Notes under the pieces: model-generated
Told to the model about the DNA's origin: nothing
Database searches by the model: none
What the model saw: the letters and a program-made list of their open reading frames with translations, nothing else
Made by a program: the position numbers and the translations under genes
NCBI GenBank assembly: GCA_001443455.1
Contig: LDXO01000001.1
Span: 3,102-67,101, forward strand
DNA length: 64,000 nt
Source: Deltaproteobacteria bacterium CSP1-8
GTDB taxonomy: Bacteria; Desulfobacterota; Deferrimicrobia; Deferrimicrobiales; Deferrimicrobiaceae
Direction of reading: 5' to 3'
Part shown: positions 46,037-59,077 of the stretch, in pieces
How the letters are laid out: the number at the start of each line of letters is the position of its first letter
Numbering within the stretch: the first letter of the stretch is position 1

Positions 46037-46417
46037 TCAACGGGTCGGTTTTCCGAAATGGCGGGAAATACGATGCCTCCTTGCGGCGAACCACCGGTAG
46101 AAGGCGCGGGAGAGAATTTTTGCGCCAGGGAGGCGGAACAGGGCGGCGGCCCACCGCCATCGCCGCAGCCGGAGAAGGATCTCGGGCGCGGCCAGCTCGC
46201 CGGCGAGCACCTTCCCGTCAGGCAGGGCCAGGTGCATCGCCGCAAGGCATGCGCTCTTCCCGATGTGCGGAAAACGGAAGGGAAGGTCCTCCGAGTGGCA
46301 GGAGAAAAACTCGAAATCTTCCGGGCCGGACCGTGCCCGTATCCATTCGACCGCGCCTCGGCAGACGGAGCACTCGCCGTCGTAGATGAGCACGGGTTTC
46401 TCCGGCCCCTTTCTCAT
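46037..46417 (-). CDS. DCC1-like thiol-disulfide oxidoreductase family protein (DUF393)
   Basis: Starts 'MRKGPEKPVLIYDGECSVCRGAVEWI' with a CxxC motif near the N-terminus, characteristic of DCC/DUF393. Confidence 0.6.
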   Translation of the reverse strand: MRKGPEKPVLIYDGECSVCRGAVEWIRARSGPEDFEFFSCHSEDLPFRFPHIGKSACLAAMHLALPDGKVLAGELAAPEILLRLRRWRWAAALFRLPGAKILSRAFYRWFAARRHRISRHFGKPTR

Positions 46418-46717
46418 CTCCAGCGGGATGCGAAGAAGTCCTCCCCGTCCCCGACCTCGCTGTACGTTTTCTCCATCTCTTCCCGGGCGCGCCCGTATTG
46501 GCCCATTTCTTCATTATACCTTGCGATGCCCTTATGCCCGGACTTGGCGGCCAGGGGAAGGAGGGCCCCCCTGACGAGTGGCGGGAAGGAGTTTCGTCAT
46601 ATACTAGTACCCGTACGAAGCGGAACGGCTGTCCCGTGGCTGCCGTGCTTAGCCGGCATGCCTGCAGCACCGGGGGTTGCGCCGAAAGCAGATCGAGGGG
46701 TTTTTTAAGGAGGACGA

Positions 46718-49333
46718 ATGGACACTGGAATGGGAATTCCGGGGACCGGGCTTCCCAGTCTGGACCGGGTGATCCAGGGGGTGATCCCGGGGGACAACAT
46801 CGTCTGGCAGATCGACCTGATCGGGGACTACGCCGTCCTGGTGGAGTCGTTCTGCGACAACGCGCTCCGGAACGGCAGGAAGCTCGTCTACTTCCGGTTC
46901 GCCCGCCATCCCGCGCTCCTTCCCGCCGACTGCGGCGCGGAGATCCACGTCCTCTCCCCCGAAGTCGGGTTCGAGACCTTCACCGCACAGATCCACAAAG
47001 TGATCGGAAATTCCGGGAGGGGAACGTACTATGTGTTCGACTGCCTGTCGGACCTGGCCGCCGACTGGTACAGCGACATGATGCTGGGGAACTTCTTCAT
47101 GGTGACGTGCCCGTACCTCTTCGAGCTGGAGACCGTGACGTACTTCGCGCTGCTGCGGGGCTTTCACTCCTTCGATGCCGTCTCCGCCATCCGGGAGACG
47201 ACGCAGCTTCTGCTCGACATCTTCAGGCACGGGGACAAGCTCTACGTGCATCCCCTCAAGGTTTACCAGCGGCACTCTCCCACGATGTATCTTCCCCACG
47301 TCTGGGAGCAAGACGATTTCCTGCCGGTGGCGGAGAGCTCCGTCCTGGCGGACGTTCTGGACGGGATCACTTCCCTGCGCGTCGACTCCGCCTCCCGGAC
47401 GCTCGACATCTGGGACCGGAAGTTCCTCCAGGCGCAGGAAGTCCAGGAAGACATCAAAAGGGGGACGAAACCGGCCGGGGAGGCGCAAGAGCTCTACCGG
47501 TGGCTTCTGCGCATGGCGGTGACCCGCGACGAGCGGATCACCGCCCTGGCTTCGAAGTATCTCGACCTGCCCGACATTCTCGCCATCCGGAAGCGCATGA
47601 TCGGAACGGGGCTGATCGGCGGGAAGTCGGTCGGTATGCTCCTGGCTCGCGCCATCCTGTGCCGGACGGACGGGAAGTGGCGGAGCAAGCTGGAGAGGCA
47701 CGACTCGTTCTACATCGGGTCGGACGTCTTTTACACCTACCTCGTCCGGAATGGCTGCTGGGGGATTCGCCGCGGCCAGCGAACCTCCGCGACCTTCCTC
47801 GACGGTGCCGAGGAGGTGCAGCGGAAGATCCTGTCGGGAACGTTTCCCCGTTTCATCCGGGAGCAGTTCGTGGCCATGCTCGAATACTTCGGCCAGTCCC
47901 CGATCATCGTCCGGTCGAGCAGTCTCCTCGAGGACGGGTTCGGCAACGCCTTCACGGGAAAGTACGAAAGCGTCTTCTGCCCGAACCAGGGGTCGCCGGA
48001 GGAGCGGCTCTCCTCCTTCCTGTCCGCGGTCCGGACCGTCTACGCGAGCAGCATGAGCCGGGAGGCCCTTCTTTACCGCGCCCACCGGGGGCTGCTCGAC
48101 AGGGACGAGCAGATGGCGATTCTCGTGCAGCGGGTGTCCGGCGCCATTCACGGCCACATGTTCTACCCGCAGATCGCGGGCGTCGGGCTTTCGTACAATC
48201 CGTACGCATGGAGCGAGTACATCGAGCCCGAAGCCGGTGTCATCCGGCTGGTCTTCGGGCTGGGCACCAGGGCGGTCAACCGGAGCGACGACGACTACAC
48301 TCGGGTAATCGCCCTGAACGCGCCGCTTCGGCGCCCGGAGGCGAACCTCGACGAAGTGATGGAGTACGCCCAGAGACGGGTCGACGTCCTCGACCTCGCG
48401 GAGAACCGGTTCCGTTCCCTCTTCTTCGACGAGGTCGTGAAGGCCAGCCCTTCCCTGCCGGTCGGGATGTTTGCCTCCCGGAAGGGCCTTTCCCGGGAAC
48501 GCGGAGGAGGCGGCGAGGGAGGCGCGGCCTCCCCGGGGATCCTGACGTTCGACCGGCTTCTTTCGGAGACGACGTTCGTGGAGGACACGCGGGAGATGCT
48601 GAAAATCCTGCGGGACGCCTACGAATACCCCGTCGACATCGAATTCACCGGAAATTTCCTGTCCGACGGGGGCTGCCGGATCAATCTCGTCCAGTGCCGC
48701 CCGCTGCAGGTGCGGGAGGGCGGACGGATCGTCCCCGTTCCCTCCCGCCTCCCCGCGGAGGATATGGTCCTCGAGGCCCAGGGGACGATCGTCGGGCAGA
48801 GCTCGTTCACCACCGTGGACCGCCTGATCTACGTCGTGCCCGCCGCCTATATGAAGCTGCCGATCGCCGACCGGTATTCCATCGCGCGGATGATCGGGAG
48901 GCTGACCCACGCGGAGGAGAAAGGGGAGACGGGGAAGACCATCATGCTGCTCGGGCCGGGCCGGTGGGGGACGAGCACCCCGTCGCTCGGGGTCCCCGTC
49001 TCCTTCGGGGAGATCAACACGGTGTCGGTCCTGTGCGAAATCGTGGGCATGCACGGGACCGTCGTGCCCGACGTCTCCCTCGGCACCCACTTCTTCAATG
49101 ACCTGGTCGAGGCGGACATGCTCTATCTCGCCCTCTTCCTCGGGAGGAAGGGGAATTTCCTCAACGAGGATTTCTTCCGGCGGAGCAGGAACCGTCTCGC
49201 CGACCTGGTGCCGGAAGAGGCCGAGTGGTCCGATGTCGTCCGCGTCATCGACATCCCCGAGGCCCCCGGAGGTCGCGCTCTCTACCTGAACGCCAATTCC
49301 CCGGGCCAGAGGGCGGTCTGCTACCTTGCCGGC

Positions 49334-49360
<27 letters not shown>
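46718..49360 (+). CDS. PEP/pyruvate-binding (PPDK N-terminal ATP-grasp-like) domain protein with a KaiC/RecA-like N-terminal domain lacking Walker A
   Basis: 880 aa with RBS 'aaggagga'. Central block 'LIGGKSVGMLLARAIL' is typical of PEP-utilising enzyme N-terminal domains. N-terminus 'LDRVIQGVIPGDNIVWQIDLIGDYAVL' is RecA-like but has no GxxxxGK[ST]. Confidence 0.55.
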
Positions 49361-51918
<2,558 letters not shown>

Positions 51919-51946
51919 TCAGGAAAGGATAGTAAGACAGCGCGAG

Positions 51947-51975
51947 GGCCGCCTGCGGAAGCAGGCGGCCTTTTT
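51947..51975 (+). terminator. Rho-independent terminator of gdhA
   Basis: GGCCGCCTGC-ggaa-GCAGGCGGCC followed by TTTTT, 29 nt after the stop. Confidence 0.8.
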
Positions 51976-52246
51976 CCCTCACCCCTTCGTCCCTCGAAAG
52001 AGCGTTAACCCCCCCACCAGGGTTGCGCGAGCCGCAAAGATCCCATCGAACGGTATTCGAGGGGTCCTTTGGACGATGCCGGGCACCGGCATATCTATTG
52101 CTAACAGTTCCCACAAAACACCAACTTGATACGCCCGCGCTGGGATTTTTAAAGAAAAAATCAGATGGAAAGGGGGAGAAATTTATGTCCGTAGAAGGAG
52201 TTATACATTTTTCCCGGAAAAGACCTGCCGGAAGGGGGGAATAACG

Positions 52247-54376
52247 ATGAATAACATAATTGGGATTCGTTATCACAAATTTAGGATCGTGTTGTTCTGT
52301 TTTCTGGCGATCTTTGCTTTCGCAGCATTTACACCAGGCGCTAATGCATCGTCAGGTTTCTTTGCCGATCCCACTAAGGGGGACTGCAGCAGCTGCCACA
52401 CCGGACAGACGGGGAGCAGTTTCTGCGGGATGTGTCATGCGCACGGGGCGCATCCAAACAACCAGAAATCCAGCGTCAACGTGACGGCTGCAACGAACAA
52501 GTCCGACTATGCACCAGGTGAGACCGTCAGCGTGACGATCAGCGGAGGATACCGGCCCAGCCAGGCGCGTGCAATTTTATACAACCAAAGCATGACGCAG
52601 GTTGCCATCAGCACGGGCACGCCCTCCAGCGGCGGGGGACCGGTGAACGCTCCGGCCTGGACCGGCATGACTGTGAACGGGATTGCTACTTACGGGAGGA
52701 CCCTCAGCGCGCCGGCGCCGACCGCGCCGGGAACTTATACATGGAAGGCCGCCTGGTACGGGAACCTGTACGATAAGAGTGGGGCGGCGTTCGGCGGCGC
52801 GAACTGGGTTCCGGACCCCTCCAATGCCGACCACGGCGAAGAGAGAGCAAGCGTTACCTTCACGGTGACGGCCCCTGCTCCGATTCTGACCAGCATCAGC
52901 GTATCCCCCTCGTCGGCCAGCGTTGCGGCAAACGGGACACAGCAGTTCACGGCGACGGCCAAAGATCAATTTGGCAACGCCCTGGTAACGCAACCCGTCT
53001 TCACCTGGACGGTGAGTGGCGGCGGAACGATCAACGGCAGCGGACTTTTCACTGCCGGGAGCACGGCGGGTGGCCCGTACACGGTGAGGGCAGCGAGCGG
53101 CGTGGTGAGCGGAACGGCCAGCGTGACGGTGACGGCCCCTGCTCCGATTCTGACCAGCATCAGCGTATCCCCCTCGTCGGCCAGCGTTGCGGCAAACGGG
53201 ACACAGCAGTTCACGGCGACGGCCAAAGATCAATTTGGCAACGCCCTGGTAACGCAACCCGTCTTCACCTGGACGGTGAGTGGCGGCGGAACGATCAACG
53301 GCAGCGGACTTTTCACTGCCGGGAGCACGGCGGGTGGCCCGTACACGGTGAGGGCAGCGAGCGGCGTGGTGAGCGGAACGGCCAGCGTGACGGTGACGGA
53401 CGTGCCGGGAGACACGACGGACACGGTGCCTCCGACCGTGATCTCCACCAACCCGCCCGATCTCGCGGTGGATGTCTACGTGAATACCGCGATCGAGGCG
53501 ACCTTCAGCGAACAGATCGACCCGTCTTCCCTGGAATCGGGCAACATCCGGGTCAGGGATCCGGCGAATATCGAAGTGCCGGGCGCGGTGAGTTACAGCG
53601 AAACCAGTAAGACAGCGACGTTTTCCCCGTCCACCCCCCTTGCGTACGGTACCGTATACACCGCCGAGGTCAAGCTCGGGGTGACAGACTTGGCCGGAAA
53701 CAGGATGGCGTCCCTTTACAAGTGGACGTTTACGACCCAGCAGGCGTCGCCCGATTCTGACGGCGACGGCGTGGGGGACGACGACGACGAGTCTCCGCAC
53801 GACTGCCGCAACGCGACGCCAAGGACCCCGAGGGGGAACGGCAAGATCCAGGTCGAGCTGGTAGGAAGCGCCCCCGGGTGCCTGAAAAACGTTAAAACCT
53901 CAACGGAGACGAGTTCCTCCATAACCATGGCGGTGAAACCCGCGGGGTACGAGTTCCCCGACGGGCTGGTGTATTACGAGGTGGAGGGGATTCCTCCCGG
54001 GAGCACGGAAACCGTGCTTCTCACCTATCCGCAGCCCCATTCCGCCGGGTCGAAGGTGTTCAAGGTCGACGCCAGCGGGTTCCAGGAGTTTTCCGGGGGG
54101 TCCATCAGCGGGAAAACCGTCACCCTGATTGTCACGGACGGCGGAGCGGGTGACCTGGACGGGCTGCGCGACGGCGTGATCACCGACCCGGTCGGCGTCG
54201 GGTCTCCCGTTGATCCGGGCGGGAGCATCGATCTGGGAACGAGCGCCTCGGGCGGCGGCTGCTCCGTGGTCGGCGCCGGCGGAGGGTGGAAGGAGGCCGC
54301 AGGGTTTTACGGTCTCATTGCCCTTGCGTGGCTCGGGCTGGCCCTCCGGAGGAGGAGACCGAAGACCGGGAAGTGA
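52247..54376 (+). CDS. Large secreted protein: N-terminal diheme cytochrome c region, two identical Big_2-like Ig domains, an SbsA-Ig-like domain, an Asp-rich Ca-binding-like repeat, and a MYXO-CTERM-like sorting tail
   Basis: Signal peptide 'IVLFCFLAIFAFAAF'. Heme motifs 'CSSCH' and 'CGMCH'. 88-aa Ig-like unit repeated twice. 'DSDGDGVGDDDDE' stretch. C-terminus 'GGGCSVVGAGGGW...GLIALAWLGLALRRRRPKTGK' has a GC motif, a TM helix and an Arg cluster. Lower GC than its surroundings. Confidence 0.65.
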   Translation: MNNIIGIRYHKFRIVLFCFLAIFAFAAFTPGANASSGFFADPTKGDCSSCHTGQTGSSFCGMCHAHGAHPNNQKSSVNVTAATNKSDYAPGETVSVTISGGYRPSQARAILYNQSMTQVAISTGTPSSGGGPVNAPAWTGMTVNGIATYGRTLSAPAPTAPGTYTWKAAWYGNLYDKSGAAFGGANWVPDPSNADHGEERASVTFTVTAPAPILTSISVSPSSASVAANGTQQFTATAKDQFGNALVTQPVFTWTVSGGGTINGSGLFTAGSTAGGPYTVRAASGVVSGTASVTVTAPAPILTSISVSPSSASVAANGTQQFTATAKDQFGNALVTQPVFTWTVSGGGTINGSGLFTAGSTAGGPYTVRAASGVVSGTASVTVTDVPGDTTDTVPPTVISTNPPDLAVDVYVNTAIEATFSEQIDPSSLESGNIRVRDPANIEVPGAVSYSETSKTATFSPSTPLAYGTVYTAEVKLGVTDLAGNRMASLYKWTFTTQQASPDSDGDGVGDDDDESPHDCRNATPRTPRGNGKIQVELVGSAPGCLKNVKTSTETSSSITMAVKPAGYEFPDGLVYYEVEGIPPGSTETVLLTYPQPHSAGSKVFKVDASGFQEFSGGSISGKTVTLIVTDGGAGDLDGLRDGVITDPVGVGSPVDPGGSIDLGTSASGGGCSVVGAGGGWKEAAGFYGLIALAWLGLALRRRRPKTGK
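52871..53398 (+). repeat. Perfect intragenic tandem duplication, 2 x 264 bp (Ig-like domain unit)
   Basis: 52871-53134 and 53135-53398 look identical at nucleotide level. Both encode 'APAPILTSISVSPSSASVAANGTQQF...GTASVTVT'. The antisense ORFs 52735..52962(-) and 52966..53226(-) share the identical prefix 'MAVAVNCCVPFAATLADEGDTLMLVRIGAGAVTV'. Confidence 0.85.
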
Positions 54377-54417
54377 TTCCCGCGTTCTTCCGCCGAAAGA
54401 GAGGAGGCAGGAAAAAG

Positions 54418-54452
54418 GGGGCGGCCGTTTCGTGGCCGCCCCCTTATCACGT
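54418..54452. terminator. Bidirectional rho-independent terminator between convergent genes
   Basis: AAAAAGGGGGCGGCC-gtttcgt-GGCCGCCCCCTT. The minus strand reads GGGGGCGGCC...GGCCGCCCCCUUUUU. Confidence 0.7.
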
Positions 54453-54529
54453 GCGTTCCGGACGGCGGGAGCGAGTGCCGCCTTATCCCGTTCCCGTCGC
54501 CCTATCGCCCCTCTTCCCCCGCGCCGGGG

Positions 54530-55189
54530 CTACTGCGAATGCATGTGCGGAGGACCCGGCTTCCCGTGGTGCCCGGCTCCCATCATCTTTTCCATGTGGT
54601 TCAGGTGGGACTCCTGGAGGTCGTCGAGTCTCTTCAGGTGCTCTAAGACGGCTGCGCGGAACGCCTCGGGTTCTTTCGTCGCCTCCATCTTCTTCTCGCT
54701 TTCCCGCAGGTCCGAAACCGCCTTCTTCATCTCTTCAAGATGCCCCATCATCTTCTCCCTCATCGGGGGCATCCCGTCCTTTCCGTGCCGATGCGGGCAA
54801 TCTTTCGGGCACCCCTCCCGGCAGTGAGGGCAGCCGCACCCGCAGGGGGTCCCGGCATCCGCCAGGGACTTGTCCATCGGGGCGCCTTCCGCAGCGGCGG
54901 GTGCTGCTGCGGCCGGGGCGGGGACAGCGGCGGGGACGGACGCCGGCGCAGGAGCGGCCTTCGCCGGCGCCTTCGTCTCCTCCCCGAATCCCTTCAGGGT
55001 GTGATTCTTGCCGTAGAACTTCCCGGCGTCCGTGAAGACCTTGTCGCCCGTCTTCCCCACGTGGCAGAAGCTGCATGGCTTGTTCTCGGCCTTCCCGTAG
55101 GCGGGCTTCGCGTCGGCCGGCCACGATGAGGCGGTAAGCAGGCCCAACCCGGCGGCGACGGCGACCGCCCATTTCCCGAAATTCTTCAT
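54530..55189 (-). CDS. Periplasmic monoheme cytochrome c with a Cys-rich and His-rich putative metal-binding C-terminal region
   Basis: Start 'MKNFGKWAVAVAAGLGLLTASSWPADA' (ATG 55189, signal peptide). Heme motif 'CSFCH'. Ala/Pro linker. Cluster 'CGCGCPHCREGCPKDCPH'. C-terminus 'MMGAGHHGKPGPPHMH'. Confidence 0.55.
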   Translation of the reverse strand: MKNFGKWAVAVAAGLGLLTASSWPADAKPAYGKAENKPCSFCHVGKTGDKVFTDAGKFYGKNHTLKGFGEETKAPAKAAPAPASVPAAVPAPAAAAPAAAEGAPMDKSLADAGTPCGCGCPHCREGCPKDCPHRHGKDGMPPMREKMMGHLEEMKKAVSDLRESEKKMEATKEPEAFRAAVLEHLKRLDDLQESHLNHMEKMMGAGHHGKPGPPHMHSQ

Positions 55190-55401
55190 CTCCGTTCCTC
55201 CTGTCGTTTTTATCTTCCGGCGTCCCGATGAAAAACCCCTTTCCCCGGGGGCGCGGACAACAGTGTACCCCGTTTCTCCCCCGGGGATGTGAGGGATGCT
55301 TTCCCGGGATGAATCGGGAGGGGCAGGCATTATAATGGGGGCGGTACCCGGCGCACATCTGACCGCTCGCGGTTAAACCTCGTAACGTCTGGGGGTGGGT
55401 C

Positions 55402-56046
55402 ATGCTGGTAGGCAAGAGGATGACAAGGGACCCGAAAACGGTGGGGCCCGACGATCCCCTGACGCGCGCCGCGGACATCATGCGGAAGTTTCGGATCAAT
55501 CATCTTCCCGTGGTGGAAGAGGGAAAGCTCGTCGGCATCCTGTCGGACACCGACTTGAGGAACGTATCGCTTACGGGCGAACGGATCGCCGGTCCGGGGG
55601 AGCCTCAGGTCCGGGACCGGCATGTGCGGGAGGTGATGATCCAGGAGGTGTGGTCGCTGACGCCCGAGGACTCCGTGGAGGACGCGCTCCTCATCATCCA
55701 GCGGAAGAAGTTCGGGGCGCTTCCCGTCCTCGCCGGCGACCGGCTGGTGGGGATCATCACCAAGATCGATCTGATCAACGCCTTCATCGACGTGCTGGAC
55801 ATCGACGGCGTGGGCCTGCGGGTCGAGGTGGTCCTCCCCCGGTCCCTCGGGAGGTTCGAGGAGCTGCTCGGGGTTGTCCGGGAGCTCGGCGTGGAGCTGC
55901 GCAGCTGCCTCATCACCCAGGAGACGAAGGGGGCCGACCGGATGGTGGTTCTTCTCCGCCTCGACACGGTCAACGGGCCGATGGTCCGCGGCGCTCTCCG
56001 GGCGAAGAAGTTCGAGGTTCTGGACCCCGGCACCGACTCCCTGTAG
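55402..56046 (+). CDS. CBS-pair plus ACT domain protein (AcuB-like)
   Basis: 'MLVGKRMTRDPKTVGPDD...INHLPVVEEGKLVGILSDTDL' and a second CBS 'LPVLAGDRLVGIITKIDL', then an ACT-like C-terminal domain. Confidence 0.7.
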   Translation: MLVGKRMTRDPKTVGPDDPLTRAADIMRKFRINHLPVVEEGKLVGILSDTDLRNVSLTGERIAGPGEPQVRDRHVREVMIQEVWSLTPEDSVEDALLIIQRKKFGALPVLAGDRLVGIITKIDLINAFIDVLDIDGVGLRVEVVLPRSLGRFEELLGVVRELGVELRSCLITQETKGADRMVVLLRLDTVNGPMVRGALRAKKFEVLDPGTDSL

Positions 56047-56050
56047 CGGG

Positions 56051-58837
56051 TTACTTCGCCTTCCTGCCCACCAGACGCCGAAGGACGTACTGGAGGATCC
56101 CCCCGTTGTTGTAGTACCGGACCTCCTCCGGGGTGTCGATCCGGGCGATCGTCGCGAAGGTTTTTACAGCGCCGTCCAAGGTGGCGCTCACGGAAATGCG
56201 CTTTCCCGGGGTGACTCCACCGGAGATCCCCTCGATCGCGAACGTCTCCATGCCCGTCAGGCCGAGGGACTCCCGGCTCTCCCCGCTCTCGAACTGCAGG
56301 GGGAGGACCCCCATCCCGATGAGGTTGCTCCGGTGGATCCGCTCGAAGCTCTCCGCCACCACCGCCTGTACGCCGAGAAGTTTCGGCCCCTTGGCCGCCC
56401 AGTCCCGCGAGGAGCCGGAGCCGTACTCCTTCCCTGCGATGATGAGGAGGGAGACGCCCTCCTCCGCGTACCGCATCGCCGCGTCGAAGATCGTCATCTT
56501 CCCCCCGTCCGGGAGGTGCGAAGTCCACCCCCCTTCCGTGCCGGGGACGAGAAGGTTGCGCAGGCGGATATTGGCGAACGTCCCGCGCATCATGACCTCG
56601 TGGTTCCCCCGTCGGCTCCCGTAGGAATTGAAATCCTCCCTCGCCACGCCGTGCCCGATGAGGTACTTCCCCGCCGGGCTGTCCGCCGGGATGTCTCCCG
56701 CGGGGGAGATGTGGTCGGTGGTCACCGAGTCCCCCAGCACCGCAAGGACCCTCAACCCCCGGAGGTCTCCCGGGGGCGTCGGCCTGGACGCGAGGTCCGC
56801 GAAGAAGGGGGGATGCTTGACGTAGGTGGAGGAGGGCTCCCACGCGAAACACTCCTCCTTCGGGACCGGGAGTCCCTTCCACTCCTCGTCGCCCTCGAAC
56901 ACCGCCGCGTATTCCTTCCGGAACATCTCCGCCCCGACGGAGGACCGGACCGCTTCCGAGATCTCCTCCGGCGCCGGCCAGATCTCCGGCAGCATGACGG
57001 GAAGGCCGTTGGGGTCGAACCCCACGGGTTCCTTGGTCAAGTCGATGTCCATGGTGCCCGCGAGCGCGTAGGCGACGACGAGGGGCGGAGAGGCGAGGTA
57101 GTTGCCCCGGCACATCGGGTGAATGCGCCCCTCGAAGTTCCGGTTTCCCGAGAGGACGGAGACAGCGACCAGGTTCCCCTTCCGGATCCCTTCGGCGATC
57201 GGTTCCGGGAGCGGCCCCGAGTTCCCGATGCAGGTGGTGCAACCGTACCCGACAAGGTGGAACCCCAGCGCCTCGAGATAGGGGGTAAGGCCCGCCTTGT
57301 CGAGGTAGCGGCTCACGACCTTGGAGCCGGGGGCGAAGCTGGTCTTCACCCACGGCATTGCTCGGAGTCCCCGTTCCACCGCCTTCTTCGCGAGGAGCCC
57401 CGCGCCGAGCATCACCGCGGGGTTGGAGGTGTTCGTGCAGCTGGTGATCGCGGCCACCACCACCGACCCGTCGACGAGGGGGAAAGAGGCCCCCCGGTAC
57501 GAGACCGGCACCCCCGCCTCCCCGGGTTCCCCGGGGGGAGGCAGATCGGGGCTCTCCGACGGGCACCCCCCTTCGGCGTACCACCGGCCCTGCTCGTGGG
57601 CGGAAACCGGCCTCGGTTCCCTCCCCCATCCGGCAAGGGCTTTCCGGAACGACGCCCGCGATTCCTTGAGCGGCACGCGGTCCTGCGGCCTTTTCGGGCC
57701 GGCGAGGCTGGGCTCTACCGCGGAGAGGTCGAGCGACAGGGTGTCCGAGAAGACGGGGTCGGGGGAGTCGTCGGAGCGGAACAATCCCTGGACCTTGCAA
57801 TATGCCTCGACGAGGGTTACCTGCTCCCGGTCCCGGCCGGTGAACAGGAGGTAGGAGAGCGTCTCCCGGTCCACCGGGAAGAAGCCGATGGTGGCGCCGT
57901 ACTCGGGGGACATGTTGGAGATCGTCGCCCGGTCGGGCAGGGAGAGGGAGGTAAGCCCCGGGCCGTAGAATTCGACGAACTTGCCCACGACCCCTTTCGC
58001 CCGCAGCATCTGGGTGACGGTCAGCACGAGGTCGGTCGCCGTGGCCCCGGCGGGAAGCCGCCCGGAGAGCCGGAATCCCACCACTTCGGGCACGAGCATG
58101 GAAACCGGCTGACCGAGGAGCGCGGCCTCCGCCTCGATGCCCCCCACGCCCCACCCCACGACCCCCAGCCCGTTGATCATCGGCGTGTGGGAATCGGTCC
58201 CGACGAGCGTGTCGGGGTAAGCCTGTGTTCCCCGACCGGTCCTCTTCCGGAATACCACGGGGGCGAGATACTCGAGGTTCACCTGGTGGCAGATCCCGGT
58301 TCCCGGGGGGACCACCCGCAGATTCCGGAACGACTCCTGCCCCCACCGCAGGAAGGCGTACCGCTCGCCGTTGCGCTCCATCTCGCGAGCCACGTTCGCC
58401 CCGAAGGATCCTTTCGACCCGAACCGGTCCACCTGGACGGAGTGGTCGATGATCAGGTCCGCGGGCATGAGCGGGTTGATCTTCCCGGGGTCGCCCCCCA
58501 TCCGGCGGGCGGCGTCGCGCATGGCGGCGAGGTCGACCAGGGCCGGAACCCCGGTGAAATCCTGAAGCAGCACGCGGGCGGGGCGAAACGCGATCTCCCG
58601 GTCCGGGGGGGAGCCCGGTTCCCAGCGGGCCAGCGCCTCGATGTCCTCGGAACGAACGGACGTACCGTCCTCGTGGCGCAGCAGGTTCTCCAGAAGCACC
58701 TTGAGGGAGAGCGGCAGGCGCGAGACCGCCCCCACGCCCCGTTTCTCGAGAGCGTCCAGGCGAAAGATCTCGTAGCTCCTTCTTCCGACGGTCTCCCTCG
58801 TCCTGGCGCCGAAACTGCCGGCCGGCTTCTTTCCCAT
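56051..58837 (-). CDS. acnA: Aconitate hydratase A
   Basis: Start 'MGKKPAGSFGARTRE' (ATG 58837). The Fe-S ligand Cys regions 'CTNTSNP' / 'GCTTCIGNSG' and the overall ~930-aa AcnA/IRP-type layout. Confidence 0.85.
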   Translation of the reverse strand: MGKKPAGSFGARTRETVGRRSYEIFRLDALEKRGVGAVSRLPLSLKVLLENLLRHEDGTSVRSEDIEALARWEPGSPPDREIAFRPARVLLQDFTGVPALVDLAAMRDAARRMGGDPGKINPLMPADLIIDHSVQVDRFGSKGSFGANVAREMERNGERYAFLRWGQESFRNLRVVPPGTGICHQVNLEYLAPVVFRKRTGRGTQAYPDTLVGTDSHTPMINGLGVVGWGVGGIEAEAALLGQPVSMLVPEVVGFRLSGRLPAGATATDLVLTVTQMLRAKGVVGKFVEFYGPGLTSLSLPDRATISNMSPEYGATIGFFPVDRETLSYLLFTGRDREQVTLVEAYCKVQGLFRSDDSPDPVFSDTLSLDLSAVEPSLAGPKRPQDRVPLKESRASFRKALAGWGREPRPVSAHEQGRWYAEGGCPSESPDLPPPGEPGEAGVPVSYRGASFPLVDGSVVVAAITSCTNTSNPAVMLGAGLLAKKAVERGLRAMPWVKTSFAPGSKVVSRYLDKAGLTPYLEALGFHLVGYGCTTCIGNSGPLPEPIAEGIRKGNLVAVSVLSGNRNFEGRIHPMCRGNYLASPPLVVAYALAGTMDIDLTKEPVGFDPNGLPVMLPEIWPAPEEISEAVRSSVGAEMFRKEYAAVFEGDEEWKGLPVPKEECFAWEPSSTYVKHPPFFADLASRPTPPGDLRGLRVLAVLGDSVTTDHISPAGDIPADSPAGKYLIGHGVAREDFNSYGSRRGNHEVMMRGTFANIRLRNLLVPGTEGGWTSHLPDGGKMTIFDAAMRYAEEGVSLLIIAGKEYGSGSSRDWAAKGPKLLGVQAVVAESFERIHRSNLIGMGVLPLQFESGESRESLGLTGMETFAIEGISGGVTPGKRISVSATLDGAVKTFATIARIDTPEEVRYYNNGGILQYVLRRLVGRKAK

Positions 58838-59077
58838 GGCCTCCTCCGATTGCAGGTGATAAAAAAAATGGTACCACGGAGAAGGCTTCCCGTGCCCGGC
58901 TGCCTGCATCCTCGACGGGCAGGGGGTGGTCCGCGCGGGGATGGCGGACCGACCATACCGTGCGGATGGAGATTCAGGAGATCCTTAACGGCACGGGAAC
59001 CAATCCGCGCCGGAAGGTAGGGAGGGAATCGGCCGATAGACGCCCTCACGCTGGCCGGAATCGCCCTGGGGCTTGCG

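Noticed and set aside
52871-53398. CRISPR array
   Set aside because: The only tandem repeat of appreciable length is a 2 x 264-bp in-frame protein-domain duplication with no spacer structure. No CRISPR-like short repeats with spacers and no cas genes are present in the window.
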